DNA from: Scyliorhinus canicula
Lineage: Eukaryota
Reading direction: 5' to 3'
Length of the DNA stretch: 64,000 bases
Assembly (NCBI RefSeq): GCF_902713615.1
Contig: NW_024055469.1
Coordinates: 62,001-126,000, forward strand
This document shows positions 1-12,305 of this stretch, one piece after another. The notes beneath the pieces were generated by a model. It was not told where the DNA came from, ran no database searches, and worked only from the letters and a program-made list of their open reading frames with translations. Numbering within the stretch: the first letter of the stretch is position 1; every line of letters starts with the position of its first letter. Position numbers and translations under genes: made by a program.

Positions 1-680
1 CCTGAAAGTGACAACGCAGGTTGATAGAGTGGTCAAGAAAGCATACAGCATGCTTGCCTTCATCGGACGGGGTATTGAGTACAAGAGTTGGCAGGTCATG
101 TTACAGTTGTATAGGAATTTGGTTCGGCCACATTTGGAATACTGCGTGCAGTTCTGGTCGCCACATTACCAGAAGGATGTGGATGCCTTGGAGAGGGTGC
201 AGAGGAGGTTCACCAGGATGTTGCCTGGTATGGAGGGTGCTAGCTATGAAGAAAGGTTGAGTAGATTAGGATTGTTTTCGTTGGAAAGACGGAGGTTGAG
301 GGGGGACTTGATTGAGGTCTACAAAATTATGAGAGGTATGGACAGGGTGGATAGCAACAAGCTTTTCCCAAGAGTGGGGGTGTCAGTTACAAGGGGTCAC
401 AATTTCAAAGTGAGAGGGGGAAAGTTTAAGGGAGATGTGCGTGGAAGGTTTTTTACGCAGAGGGTGGTGGGTGCCTGGAACGCTTTACCAGTGGAGGTGG
501 TAGAGGCGGGCACGATAGCATCATTTAAGAAGCATCTAGACAGGTATATGAATGGGTGGGAACAGAGGGAAGTAGACCTTGGAAAATAGGAGACAAGTTT
601 AGATAAAGGATCTGGATTGGTGCAGGCTGGGAGGGCCGAAGGGCCTGTTCCTGTGCTGTAATTTTCTTTGTTCTTTGTTT
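1..680 (+). mobile_element. CR1-clade LINE 3' end (RT C-terminus plus tail)
   Basis: ORF 8..589 carries the CR1 motifs LVRPHLEYCVQFWSP, LERVQRRFTRM and FFTQRVVGAWNALP. It ends in gggccgaagggcctgttcctgtgctgta plus a (ttctttg)-like tail. Confidence 0.9.
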
Positions 681-692
681 CCAGTTCTTTTC

Positions 693-3600
693 TATCCTTC
701 TGGATGGAAAGTACGGGTTGTGCTTCCTGCAGGAAACCCATTCCGGGTGATGAAGCTCAGTGGACCCTGGAGTGGCAAGGAGGAGTCTTCATGAGTCACC
801 TGGCCCCACGTTCGGGCGGGGTGGCTATCTTGTTGGCTCCACATTTTCAGCCAGAGATCTTGGGGTCAAGGAGCCAGTGCCAGGCCGTCTGCGGCACCTG
901 AAGGTCCGTGACAGGGCAGTGCTGATCCACTTTATAAACGTGTACGCTCCGGCAGAAGGACCGCAGCAGGTGACTTTCTTTGGAAAAATGTCCACTCTTT
1001 TTGCCACCATCCCGGTGGGCGAGTGCATCGTCCTCAGAGGAGATTTTAATTGCACCATCCAGGACAAGGACCGTGGTGGAGTCCAGCGCAGCTCGGCGGC
1101 GGTGGTGAAGTTGAGGGACCTGGTTAGGTCCTTTGACTTGGTGGACATCTGGCGGACTCTCCATCCTGAATTGCGGGCGTACACTTATGTGCGGCCTCCG
1201 TTCAGAGCGTCCAGAATCGACCGTCTTTACATTTCCAAGACGTACTTGCCCAGCGTTCTGACGGCTTCCATGGAGCAGGTGCCGTGCTCGGATCACCACC
1301 TGGTGTGGGCGGGGTTCGCCCCGTCCCGCGCTCAGACACGGTCCGCGCACTGGCACTTTAACAACCTGCTGCTGGAGGACAAGCGGTTCCTGGACTCGTT
1401 CCGCCGTTTCTGGGCCGGCTGGAGAAGGAAGCGGGGTGGCTTCCCCTCCTTGAGGCTATGGTGGGATGTGGGAAGCCACATCCGTGCCTTCTGTCAGGGG
1501 TACACGAAGGGGTCCATGGCGAGGCGGAACTCCACGATCGCCAAATTGGCTGAGAAACTCCTCGATCTGGAGTCACGTCTTGCTCAGCCCGATGAGGACC
1601 CGGCCCTGGGGCTGGTGTACAGAGAGGAGGGACACGCTGCGGAACCTGCAACTTGCCGGGTCCCGCGGCGCATGAGTGAGGTCGCGGATCCGTCTCCTGA
1701 CAGATATGGACCGCGGCTCCCCCTTCTTCTACTCGCTGGAAAGAGGACAGGGGGCCTGTCGGCAGATTTCTACGCTGCTGGCCGACGACGCGTTCCTCGT
1801 CTCGGATCCGGAGGGGGTCAGGACCTTGATTAGGGATTTTTATTCCAACCTCTTCTCTCCGGATCCGTCCAGCGAGGACGCTTGCAGAGTTCTGTGGGAG
1901 GACCTGCCGCAGGTCAGCCCGGAGGGCGCCGGGAAGCTCGATGATCCCATCAACCTCCAGGAGCTGACCAGTGCCCTGGACAGTCTGTCACAGGGAAAAC
2001 CCCAGGGCTGGACGGGCTGACCGTGGAGTTCTTCAGGGCGTTCTGGGGAGCGACTATGCGGGGGTCCTGGGGGAATGTACTGCGACCGGGGAGATGCCCC
2101 TTTCGTGGCGCAGGGCCGTCATTGCCCTGCTGCCCAAGAAAGGGGATCTCCGCCAAATTAAGAACTGGCGACCGGTCTCCCTTCTCAGCATGGACCACAA
2201 AACCTTTGCCAAGGTGCTGTCTTTACGCCTTGGCCCCGTGCTGGACCACATGATCCACCCTGACCAATCCGACACAGTCCCAGACCGCACAATATTTGAT
2301 AACATCCACCTGGTCCGGGACATTATTCATTTCTTCCAGAGGACTGGTATGTCGAGCGCCTTCTTGTCTCTTGACCAGGAGAAGGCGTTCGACAGGGTGG
2401 GTTCGAGTATTTGCTCGGGACTCTGCGAGCTTTCAGGTTCGGGATGCATTTTGCCGCCCGGACCCGATTACTGTACGCTGCTTCGGAATGTCTGATTAAG
2501 GTTAACGGGTCTCTGACGGTGTCCCTTCGTTTTGGGAGAGGAGTGAGTCAGGGCTGCCCCCTGTCCGGCCAACTTTATTCTCTGCTTGGAGTCTTTCCTG
2601 TTCCTCCTGCAGAGGAGGTTAACGGGGCTGGTTCTGTGCGAGCCGGACGTGGAGGTGGTCCTCTCAGCTTACGCTGATGACGGGCTTCTCATGTTCACTG
2701 ACCATGGTGACCTGCGTAGGATGCAAGAGTGCCAGGCTGTCTACTCCGCCGCGTCTTCCGCACGGATCAACTGGGCTAAATGTTCTGGACTCCTGGTCGG
2801 TCCGTGGCAGATGGACCCCCTCCCGGAGGAGCTCAGGCCCTTCAACTGGAGTCGGACCAATATCCTGTACTTGGGAGTCCATCTTTGCCCGGCAGAGGAA
2901 GCCTGGCCGGCGAACTGGCAGGAGCTGGAGACCAAGGTCACCGCTTGCCTGGGACGCTGGACAGGACGGCTCCGAGTGCTGTCCTACAGGGGTCGAGTTC
3001 CCGTCATAAACCAGCTGATTGCCGCCATGCTGTGGTACCGGCTGGTCACTTTGACCCCTCCCCCTGATTTTGTCCCACGCATCCAGAGAACCCTGCTTCG
3101 GTTCTTCTGGGACAAACGATTGCACGGGGTCGCTGCGGAGGTCTTGAATCTCCCGATTGCGGAGGGCGGACAAGCGCTGGTGTGCCTTCGCAGCCAGATT
3201 GCGACTTTCCGCCTCAGACGCTGCAGCGATACCTGTACGTCGAGCCTCCTCCACGATGGTGTGCCCTGGTGACGTATTTCTTCTGCCAGGTGCACGGCCT
3301 GAACTATGACCTGCAGCTCCTGTTTGTTGACCAGCAGGGTCTTCGGAACTCTTTGTTGGCGCTGCCTGTCTTGTACCAGGACCTCCTCAATGTCTGGAAC
3401 ATGGTCGCCACGCGCCGCAGCTCTCCCCTGTCAGGAGTTCTGGCCCTCGCAAGGGAGCCGTTGCTCAGGAATCCGCACCTCCACCAATTTCCATTCCGGT
3501 GGCTGGTGGAGCGGAGGGCTGTGGATGCCGGGGTGACCAGGATTGGGGACGCGCTGGGCGGCGGAGGGCGGGCTGGCTGACACCCCACGAGCTAGCCGAG

Positions 3601-4590
3601 CACGGGGCAGTGTCTGTCTGGTACATGGCCAATGCCATCCAAGGCCTCAAAACGGCCGTGCTCGTCCCCGTGGGCATACTGGAGCTAGAGGCGGTGTGGT
3701 TGTGCGGTGGCATCCCGTCTGAGCGGACCCCTGCTCGGACAGAATTTCACATTGGTCCCCGGCCCCTACGCACCCGCCGGGCACCGGCACTGCTGCCTCA
3801 TGCAAATACCCTCCGTGGCATTTCGCACTGCACGGAGGGGTTGCCTGTACGGCCTGCTGTTGCACACCTTCCACCTCCTTCCTCTTGCCTGCCGTCTGGA
3901 GACGCCTTGGCGGGCTTCATTGCCGTCTGGCGGCGGAGGTCCCTGCTGGGGTCCCTCTATAGAGGCGTCATCCCCATAAAACTTGGGGACCTGGGGTGGA
4001 GGGTGCTGCACATGGCAGTGCCGTACAACTATCGGATTCACCACTTCACGGCTCTGCCAGAGACCTACTCCTTTTGCGGCCTGGTGGAGACCGTGGAGCA
4101 TGTTTATGTTGTCTGTCCCAGGCTGCACTCCCTCTTTGATTTCTTGACAACGTTGTTGTTGAGGTTTTATTTGCACTTCAGCCCCACGCTCCTGATCTAT
4201 GGACATCCGGTGCGGCGAGAGGCAGGGAAGGCGGAGGACGTCCTCGTGAACCTGCTCCTGCGCCTGGCCAAACTAGCCATTTATCGGTCCAGGCAGCGGG
4301 CAGCCGAGGGGGTCGTCCAGCCCAACTGTCTGCTCCTCTTCCGCGGCCTTGTTCGTGGCCGGCTGTCCCTGGAGAGGGAGCATGCGGTGTCCACGGGCAC
4401 ACTGGAAGATTTCCGTGCTCGGTGGGCACCGCAGGGGTTGGATTGCCTTATCTATCCGATTTTCACACTCTAATTTGACGGGTTTTAGATAAGTTTCTGT
4501 TCCCTTCCTTTTGGGTTGTGCTCCACTCGTTGTTTTAGCAGCACTCCCTTCTTTTGTTTTATCCATTATTTACTTTATGTTCTTTTGCTT
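693..4590 (+). mobile_element. Tx1-like non-LTR retrotransposon, 5'-truncated ORF2 (APE endonuclease, RT, C-terminal Cys/His domain), frameshifted
   Basis: Endonuclease motifs INVYAP, GDFN, SRIDRLY, SDH (760-1833). RT motifs NWRPVSLL, SLDQEKAFDRV, GVSQGCPLS, AYADD (1971-3272). C-terminal FCGLVETVEHVYVVC. Flanked by the 10-bp direct repeat agttcttttc (683-692, 4591-4600). Confidence 0.88.
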
Positions 4591-4734
4591 AGTTCTTTTC
4601 ACACCCAGCATCATGCTAAGGCAGATGCTGGCTTAATCCTGCATATGAACATAAATGTGCAGGTCTCAAAACTCACAAAAAAAAACGAACATCAACTAAA
4701 GTAGTGAAGCCCCAAAACAGCTTCAGTAAAACCT

Positions 4735-5280
4735 CCCGGCCGAGCCCAGCATCGGCACTGCGCATGCTTCAGCTCACAATGCCCAGGGAGTGGTTGACGG
4801 AAGCTCTTGTCCAATAGGAAGAGAGGGGCTGGACTGGAGGATCGAACGGAGTGGCTTGTCCTCCAACCAATCGGAGTGAGTGGGGGGCGGGGCTGGGCCC
4901 CGGTGTCGCCCACGTGATTGGAGCATGCGCAGTGCCGATGACAGTTGACGATTCAGGCAGTAGGATTGGAATACTCCGCTGGTCATATCTCGCCCGCTGA
5001 GGTATGAGGGAGGGATGGAGCCGGTGGATGGGTCGGGAGGTTTCATAAACACTCTGTGTGGGCCCCAATGTCCGAATACGAAGCTCGGATACGACAGTTG
5101 AACCGGCGAACGCTGCTCGGGCTTTTCCCCGAGACAGGCCCCGATGGCCGGGCGCATGCGTAGGGAGCGAGAGGCCTGGCTTTGCTCCGCCTCCCATTCA
5201 CTCTGATTGGCTGGAGGACCAGCCGCTGTCGGTCAGTCCTCCAGGCCCGCCCCCTGGGCTGGAGCAAACCTTTCAGAATC
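4735..5280. promoter_or_regulatory. CpG-rich promoter module of the ZNF cassette (NRF1-like, CCAAT, GC boxes in both orientations)
   Basis: actgcgcatgc (~4757), ccaat (~4811, ~4867), gggggcggggc (~4882), gcatgcgcagt (~4923). An inverted CCAAT/GC unit lies at ~5185-5260. Paralogous modules at ~16.8, 28.6, 40.4 and 47.7 kb. Confidence 0.7.
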
Positions 5281-5302
5281 ATCCCACAGACAGAAGTCTT
5301 CC

Positions 5303-5465
5303 AACACCAGGTTAAAGGTTTGTTTCAAATCAATGACACTGCTCCTTCCTCAGGTGAATAAAGAGGTATGTTCTATAAACATATATATAGACAAAGTCAA
5401 AGATGCAAGACAAGGCTTTGAATGTGAGCATTTGCAGGTAATTAAGTCTTTACAGATCCAGAGAC
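5303..5465 (-). mobile_element. Penelope-like element terminal fragment (degenerate)
   Basis: Matches part of the 8224-8444 element (caccaggttaaag...ctgctccttcctcaggtgaa). Confidence 0.6.
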
Positions 5466-5615
5466 GGGTATATCCTAGTTTGTGGACTATTAGAATAAAT
5501 GTACATTTCTATAAAACCTTGCACTGCCACTGGACCTTCTGAAGTCTTTTAGAGACAATGGAGTACTTTTGAAACATATTCACTGTTGTAATATAAGATG
5601 CTGTAAGTATGCATG

Positions 5616-5850
5616 TTGGATTGGATTTGTTTATTGTCACGTGTACTGAGGTACAGTGAAAAGTATTTTTCTGCAAGCAGCCAACAGATCATTAAGTACA
5701 TGGAAGAAAAGGGAATAAAAGAAAATACATAAGAGGACAACACAAGGTATACAATGTAACTACATAAACACCGGCATCGTATGAAGCATACATGGTGTTG
5801 TGTTAATGAGGTCAGTCCATAAGAGTGTCATTTAGGAGTCTGGTAACAGG
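5616..5850 (-). mobile_element. Rex1/Babar-like LINE 3' end
   Basis: Minus strand ends gtacacgtgacaataaacaaatccaatccaa. A similar copy lies at ~58422-58590. Confidence 0.55.
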
Positions 5851-6146
5851 CCCGGGTTACCGGCCGCCATCTTTACAGAGGACAAGGTGCTGCAGAATGC
5901 ATGTGCTGCGAGCCTGGACCGGATGCCAACTCTCCAGGATTGACTGACTGGAGTCTCCAGGATTTTATTTTATTCGGAGTCACTGGCTGGGCCAACATTT
6001 ATTGCGCATCCCTGATTTTCCTTGAACTGAGTGGCTTTCTAGACCATCTCGGAGGGCATTTAAAGAGTCAACCACATTGCTGTGGTTTGGAATCGTGTCG
6101 GCTAGACCAGGTAAGGATGGAAATTTTGTTTTCCATTCATTCATGG

Positions 6147-6917
6147 CAGTGTTCTTCAAACTTTTATTCCGGGGATCCATTTTTACCAACTGGCCAACCT
6201 TCGGGCCCCAACCCAACCGATATTCGCGCTGCACACCAGCCGGCCTTCGTGACGCACGCCGGCCGACCTGCACGACCTACCATTTTCTCTTACCTTGTTT
6301 GCTGCTGACAAAAATGGAGGAAATGGTTTTGGGTCCCTTCGGCCCTCGTACACGTTCCTCCAATGGAAGCTGTTGAATGAAGGTGAAGCCTTCCTATGTC
6401 GGAAAATATGGAGTCTCCATCTGTCCAAAGTTCTGCATGTTTTTTCTGTAAATTTTTACCAAATAAATCCCCCCTGAACCTGTTTTAAAAAAATGAAATG
6501 AATAAAAACCACTCCAGAACTTGTAAAAGAAAAAGTTGCAACGGTTTTTTAAAAAATAGACGCAGCACTGCGCATTCATGCCCGTTTATCGGCACGCATG
6601 CGTATTCTGCGAGCATGTAAAAACATCGGCCGTATTGCGCATGCACGCACGATGATCAGGCATGCATGTGCAATGCAGCCGATTTTTTTTTTACATGTTC
6701 GCAGAATGTGCATGCGCGCCGGTCATCGTGCGCGCATGTGCAGTGCACCAACTTTTTTTAACAGGTTTGCGGCCCCTTGCAGCTGGCATTATTCAAAGCC
6801 GGCTGCTGCACAGGAATTTGCGCGATCGGGAGCGTCGCGGTCAACGGCTACATGACCCTTCCGACATACCCCCGCGACCCCCCCCGTGGGTTGCACCCCC
6901 GACTTTGAAGAACACTG
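6147..6917. mobile_element. Non-autonomous hAT-type DNA transposon (MITE)
   Basis: 14-bp perfect TIRs cagtgttcttcaaa / tttgaagaacactg. 8-bp TSD attcatgg (6139-6146) / attcacgg (6918-6925). Confidence 0.88.
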
Positions 6918-7523
6918 ATTCACGGGATGTTGGTGTCGGTGGCTGGGCCAGCATTTATTGCCCTTCCTAATTGCCTTTAAACTGAGTGCATCTCAGACAG
7001 CACTTTAAGAGTCAACAAGCTGATTGTGGATCTTGAGTTACGTGTAGGCCAGACCAGGTAAGGATAGAAGATTTCCTTCACTGAAGGACATCAGTGAATC
7101 AGATGGGTTTTTACAGCAATTGACAATCGTTTCAGGGTGTTCAGTAGACTTTACTGAATTCAAATGTGACCTTCTTTCTTGGCAAGATTCATGTCTGGAA
7201 AATCATTAGGACAGTAAAGAAGATTTTAATGTAATTTTCTTTGACCATTTCTCTTCAGTGGATATAAAAATATTGAAAATGGGATAAAGGTCGTTTGGCT
7301 GACAGTCAATCACTGTCCTGTAAGGTAATGAGTCCTTTTGCTTCCCAATTGGCCGAGGAAGGCAGTGTGTCACAAGGATGGATGTGTTGACCGATTAAAG
7401 GCTGGAGGATGGGGGCAGGTCATGTGATCAAATCTCCAGGAATACATTTGATCAAAGTTGGTGAGGAGAGAATGTAGTGAATTTCTATCCTAAGCTGACA
7501 GTGAGGTTTCTGCAAATTTACAG

Positions 7524-7720
7524 GATAATGGAAGTGGAGGTTGAACAGACAGGAAACGCAAACCAAATGTCACATTGCGATCTGACAGAGTCACTCGATT
7601 CATCAGAACCTGAATATCAGCAGCATCTGGGTGTGGAAGGTAAAAGGTTTGTCTGTTCTGTCTGTGAGGGAAGATTTCAGGTCTCAGTGTGACTGGAAAA
7701 GCCCCGAGATTCACAAACCC
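7524..7720 (+). pseudogene. Orphan ZNF leader exon with one relic finger; finger array lost
   Basis: Acceptor tttacag|g, then DLTESLDSSEPEY...FVCSVCEGRFQVSV*LEK, homologous to the leaders at 12900, 27.5k, 39.2k, 47.1k and 51.6k. Followed by a CR1 fragment. Confidence 0.7.
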
Positions 7721-8223
7721 TGGTTAGACCAAACCTGGAGAACTGTGTTCAGTTCTGGGCAACAAACCTGAAGAAGGATAGAATGGCCTCGGAGGGAGTG
7801 AGCACAGATTTACCTGAGTGATATCTGAACCCCCGGGGTTATATTAGACATGATGGCACAGAGAATGGCATTTGGCCCATTGAATCCATGCTAGCTCTTT
7901 GGAGCAATCCAGTCGGTCCCATTCTCCTGCTCTATCCCTGTTTTCTTTTGAAATCAAATGATTCATTGTGTCTATTTTCAAACTCCCTGATAGGCAGCAA
8001 GTTCCAGGTAATTGCCGCTCGCTGTGTAAAAACATTTCTCATATCACCTCATTACTCCTGTACCTTTTACATACAAACTAGGATCAGGCCACTCGGCCCC
8101 TCGAGACTGCTCAGCATTCAAAAATATTGTGGCTGATCTCATTCTAACCTCAACTCCATATTCCTGCCTACCCCTGATAACCTTTCACCCCCTTGCTCAT
8201 CTGCTCTGCCTTAAAACTATTCA

Positions 8224-8444
8224 GTAAGAAGTCTTACAACACCAGGTTAAAGTCCAACAGGTTTGTTTCAAACACGAGCTTTCGGAGCACGGCTCCTTCT
8301 TCAGGTGAAATCCAGATGATTTCACCTGAAGAAGGAGCCGTGCTCCGAAAGCTCGTGTTTGAAACAAACCTGTTGGACTTTAACCTGGTGTTGTAAGACT
8401 TCTTACTGTGCTCACCCCAGTCCAACGCCGGCATCTCCACATCA
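8224..8444. mobile_element. Penelope-like terminal-repeat insertion forming a perfect inverted repeat
   Basis: 91-bp arms at 8222-8312 and 8318-8408 with a 5-nt loop. 13-bp TSD ttaaaactattca (8211-8223, 8445-8457). Inserted into a minus-strand CR1 tail (~8070-8660). Confidence 0.85.
8323..8357 (+). ncRNA. Minimal type-I hammerhead ribozyme motif (mirror copy on - strand at 8273-8307)
   Basis: CAC-CUGAAGA-A-GGAGC(cgu)GCUCC-GAAA-GC-UC-GUG: core boxes, 5-bp helix II, palindromic vestigial helix III, and CAC/GUG helix I. Confidence 0.75.
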
Positions 8445-8890
8445 TTAAAACTATTCAAGGACTCTGCATCCGCTGCCTTTTAAGGACGCGAGTTCCAAAG
8501 TCTTATAACCCTCAAGAGAATTAAAAAATCCTAATTTCCATCTTAAATGGGCGACTCCTTATTTTGCCACAGTGACCCCCGTGTCCCAGATTCTCCCACA
8601 AGAGGAAACATCCTCTCCACATCCACCCTGTCAAAACCCTTCAGGGTCTTATATTGTTCAATCCAGGTTTTACCCAAAACTTTAAATCTGTGTCCTGGCT
8701 GCTTGTACGATCAGTGAATGGAAACAGAGTTTCTTTGTCCACCCGATGGAAATCTGGCATAATCTTGTGTCCCTGAATCAGATCTCCCCTCAACCTCCTT
8801 TGCTGGAACTATTCTGGTAAATCCCCTCTGTACCTTCTCCAAGAACCTTCACATCCTTCCTGAAGAGTGGTGACCAGAGCTTTATAAAGA

Positions 8891-9242
8891 TTCATAGAAT
8901 AGAATTAGAACGATAGAATTCCAACAGTGCAGAAGGAGGCCATTCGGCCCATCGGGTCTACACCGATTCCCTGAAAGGGCACCCTGCCTAGGCCCACACC
9001 TCTACCCTGTCCCTGTAACCCCATAGCCCCACCTAACCTGCACATCCCTGGACATTAACGGGCAATTTATCATGGCCAATCCACCTAACGTTCTCTTCTT
9101 TGGATTGTTGGAGGAAACCTGAGCACCGGGTGGAAACCCACGTAGACACGGGGAGAAAGTGCAAACTCCACACAGTCACCAAGGCCAGAATTGAACCCGG
9201 GTCCCTAGCGCTGTGAGGCAGCAGTGCTAATCACCGTGCCAC
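8891..9242 (-). mobile_element. HE1-like V-SINE
   Basis: tRNA-like head, V-domain (gggtttcc...ctcc...ccaaag) and CR1-like tail on the - strand. Confidence 0.8.
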
Positions 9243-9646
9243 CAGAAGCATAGTTTCAGTATCAATATTACTCTTGATGAAGCTCAGATCGAATTTGCTT
9301 TGCCAAATACTCTGTTAATATGTTTTGTAGATATACAAAATCCACCTTCGCCTCTTTCTCTCTCCTCCCAAAGAGGCCAGTTGGGTTTTATAACAATCCA
9401 GCAGTTTTCATGGTCACTTTTTCCCAGAGCTGGCCCCACAAGTGACCAGATGCATTCAGCTCAATTTCATAACCTGCCTTTGTGTTTTTGTGGGGTCTCT
9501 CTCATTCCCTATTTTCTGTTTTTAAATCAGTTTCACAGGGTGTTCGAAGGCGAGGATTCAAAGTCCGGAAACTCAAACCAAACATCACATCAGGATCTGA
9601 CAGAGTCCTCAATTTATCATATCCTGAATATCAGCGGATTTTGAAC

Positions 9647-10849
9647 ATGGAAGGAAAAAGCATTGTTCACAGTGGGGTGAAACCGTACATGATTTGTTTG
9701 TGTGGACGAGGATTCGCTCTATCAGACCTCACAAGCCACAAATGCAGTCACACCGAGGAGAAACCGTGGAAATGTGCGGACTGTGGGAAAGGATTCACTT
9801 CCCCCTCCAAGCTGGAAACTCATCAACGCAGTCACACTGGGGAGAGACCCTTCACCTGCGCCAAGTGTGGGAAGGGATTCACTCAGTCATCCACTTTGTC
9901 CACACACCAGCGAGTTCACACTGGGGAGAGACCATTCACCTGCTCAGAGTGTGGGAAGGGATTTTCTTTTTCAACCCACCTGCTGAGTCACCAGCGAGTT
10001 CACACTGATGAGAGACCGTTTCATTGTCCAGACTGCGGGATGTGCTATAAAAGTTCTGGGGAACTGATTCGCCATCAACGTGTTCACACTGACGAGAGAC
10101 CGTTTAGGTGCTCTTACTGCGGGACTGGGTTCAGACAATCATCTGACCTCGCTGTACATCAGCGAAGTCACACTGGGGAGAGGCCATTCGCCTGCTCAGA
10201 GTGCGGGAAGAGATTCACTCGATCATCTGACCTGCAGAGGCACCAGCGAATTCACACTGGGGAGAGGCCATTCAGCTGCTCCAAGTGTGAGAAAAGATTC
10301 TTGCGATCATCTGACCTGGAGAAGCACCAACAAATTCACTCTGCGGAGAGAACATTCAGCTGCTCCAAGTGTGGGGAAGGATTCACCCAGTCATCCGACC
10401 TGCTAAGTCACCAGCGAATTCACACTGATGAGAGACCGTTTCAATGTCCAGACTGCGGGAAGAGCTATAAGAGTTCTGGGGAACTGATGCATCATCAACA
10501 TGTTCACACTGATGAGAGACGGTTTAGGTGCTCTCATTGTGGGACTGGTTTCAGGCGATCATCTCACCTCACTGTACATCAACGAATTCACACTGGGGAG
10601 AGGCCATTCACCTGCACCTGGTGTGGGAAGGGATTCACTCAGTCCTTCAACCTGCAGAAGCACCAGCGAATTCACACTGGGGAGAGGCCATTCACCTGCT
10701 CCCAGTGTGGGAAGCGATTCACTGAGTCATCTGCCCTGCAGAAGCACCAGCGAGTTCACACTGGGGAGAGACCGTTCACCTGCTCCAATTGTGGGAAGGG
10801 ATTCGGCACTTCATCCCACCTCCTGAGACACCAACAGTGCCACAAATAA
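9647..10849 (+). CDS. Tandem C2H2 zinc-finger protein (400 aa; 13 canonical fingers plus 1 degenerate), no KRAB; class A start MEGKS
   Basis: Uninterrupted ORF with TGERP-type linkers. Splice acceptor tttcacag|g at 9538/9539; first ATG after it at 9647. Confidence 0.9.
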   Translation: MEGKSIVHSGVKPYMICLCGRGFALSDLTSHKCSHTEEKPWKCADCGKGFTSPSKLETHQRSHTGERPFTCAKCGKGFTQSSTLSTHQRVHTGERPFTCSECGKGFSFSTHLLSHQRVHTDERPFHCPDCGMCYKSSGELIRHQRVHTDERPFRCSYCGTGFRQSSDLAVHQRSHTGERPFACSECGKRFTRSSDLQRHQRIHTGERPFSCSKCEKRFLRSSDLEKHQQIHSAERTFSCSKCGEGFTQSSDLLSHQRIHTDERPFQCPDCGKSYKSSGELMHHQHVHTDERRFRCSHCGTGFRRSSHLTVHQRIHTGERPFTCTWCGKGFTQSFNLQKHQRIHTGERPFTCSQCGKRFTESSALQKHQRVHTGERPFTCSNCGKGFGTSSHLLRHQQCHK

Positions 10850-11039
10850 CTGCAGTAATTGAATTTTGCTGTTACTCACATTCAGGACTGAACCATGTTC
10901 ATTTGGGTCTCTTTCTGCTCATTTACAGGGGCTAATATTCTGGCTAAAAGTCAAAAAAATTAAATTTGTGTTAAATGCGCACTGTTGAAACTTTTTAATA
11001 TCTCTGACACAAGTTAGCTCCTTTTGAAGTACTCTCGCT

Positions 11040-11580
11040 CTCCCCTGTCTCTTCCACCCTCACCCCCAACATGAAGTGTGAGGAGCTTGTGGAGCTTTTT
11101 TGTGACTGAGATTGAGTCAATCCGATCAGCTGCCTCTGCTGCTTCCCTCCCTTCCACGTGCCCACCGGACCAAACTGTCTCTAAATTTCATCCTTTCCCG
11201 AGCCCTGAACCCACATCTTTCTCTAGTTTCTCTCCCATCTCCTCTCATGCCCTCTCAGAGCCCATCTTGTCCATGAGACCCAGCTCCTGCTCCATCGACC
11301 CTATTCCCACTGAGCTACTGATCAGCCAACTACCCTGTGTCCACGGATATTGTCAACATTTCTCTCTCTTCAGGTACTGTCCCTCTGTCCTTCAAATCTG
11401 CCATCATCACCCCCTCCTCTATAAAACAAACTCTTGACCCTGCCATCCTTACAAATTACTGCCCCATCTTCAACCTCCCTCTCCTCTCCAAACTCTTTGA
11501 ACATGTTGTCACCTCCCAAATCCTTGCCCATCTTTCCCAGAACTCCTATGTTTGAATCCCTTCAATCAGGTTTCTGCCCT
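11040..11580 (+). mobile_element. L2-clade LINE RT fragment
   Basis: SCSIDPIPTELL, IVNISLSSGTVPLSFKSAIITP, LPLLSKLFEHVV, FESLQSGF. Confidence 0.8.
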
Positions 11581-11639
11581 GTCACAGTAATGAAATACAA
11601 GAGACAAACAGAATCTTACCTGGAGAGAAAGACAGACAA

Positions 11640-11965
11640 TTTGGGAACTTAGATCCAACACAGAAATGTTAATAAGACCAGAAGACAAGGGTAGCAGCAC
11701 AGTCATTATCGAGAGACAACAATACCTGCTGGAGACGGACAGACAACTAAACAACACAAATCACAACACCAAGCTCCTTCGATCAATCTACCCGAGACAG
11801 GAAGGAGAATTGGAGACAGACTGGAAGAACTCAAATATTCCAGACACATTAACCAAAAACAACAGCTGGAACCAAGGGAGTTGTACCGGCTCCCTAAAAT
11901 ACCCAAACACATGGACAGGACCAGGGAAATACCACCAGACAGACCCATTGGATCAGAGTGCCTGA
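11640..11965 (+). mobile_element. Penelope-like RT N-terminal fragment
   Basis: LIRPEDKGSSTVIIERQQYLLETDRQLNN resembles the PLE xKPADKG motif. Confidence 0.6.
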
Positions 11966-11977
11966 GAAATCCTGCAG

Positions 11978-12305
11978 ATTCATAGAATTTACAGTGCAGA
12001 TGGAGGCCATTCGGCCCATCGAGCCTGCACCAGCCCTCGGAAAGAGCACCCTACTTAAGCTCATGCCTCCACCCTATCCCCATAACCCAGTAACTCCACC
12101 TAACCTTTTTTGGACACTGAGGGGCAATTTAGCATAGCCAATCCACCAAACCTACGCAGCTTTGAGCGGTGGGAGAAAACTGGAGCACCTGGAGGGAACC
12201 CACGCACACATGCGGGGAATGTGCAAACTCCACATGGTTACCCTGGAATTGAACCCAGGTCGCTGGAGCTGTGAGGAAGCCGTGCTAACCACTGTGCCAC
12301 CATGC
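11978..12305 (-). mobile_element. HE1-like V-SINE
   Basis: Similar to the other HE1 copies in the window. Confidence 0.8.

Noticed and set aside
8193-8458. Two ORFs on opposite strands with nearly identical peptides
   Set aside because: A direct consequence of the DNA palindrome.
9482-9646. N-terminal extensions of ZNF ORFs in the ORF track (9482, 19881, 51925)
   Set aside because: These use non-ATG starts; the 9482 and 19881 extensions run through the polypyrimidine tract and acceptor. No recognisable effector domain.
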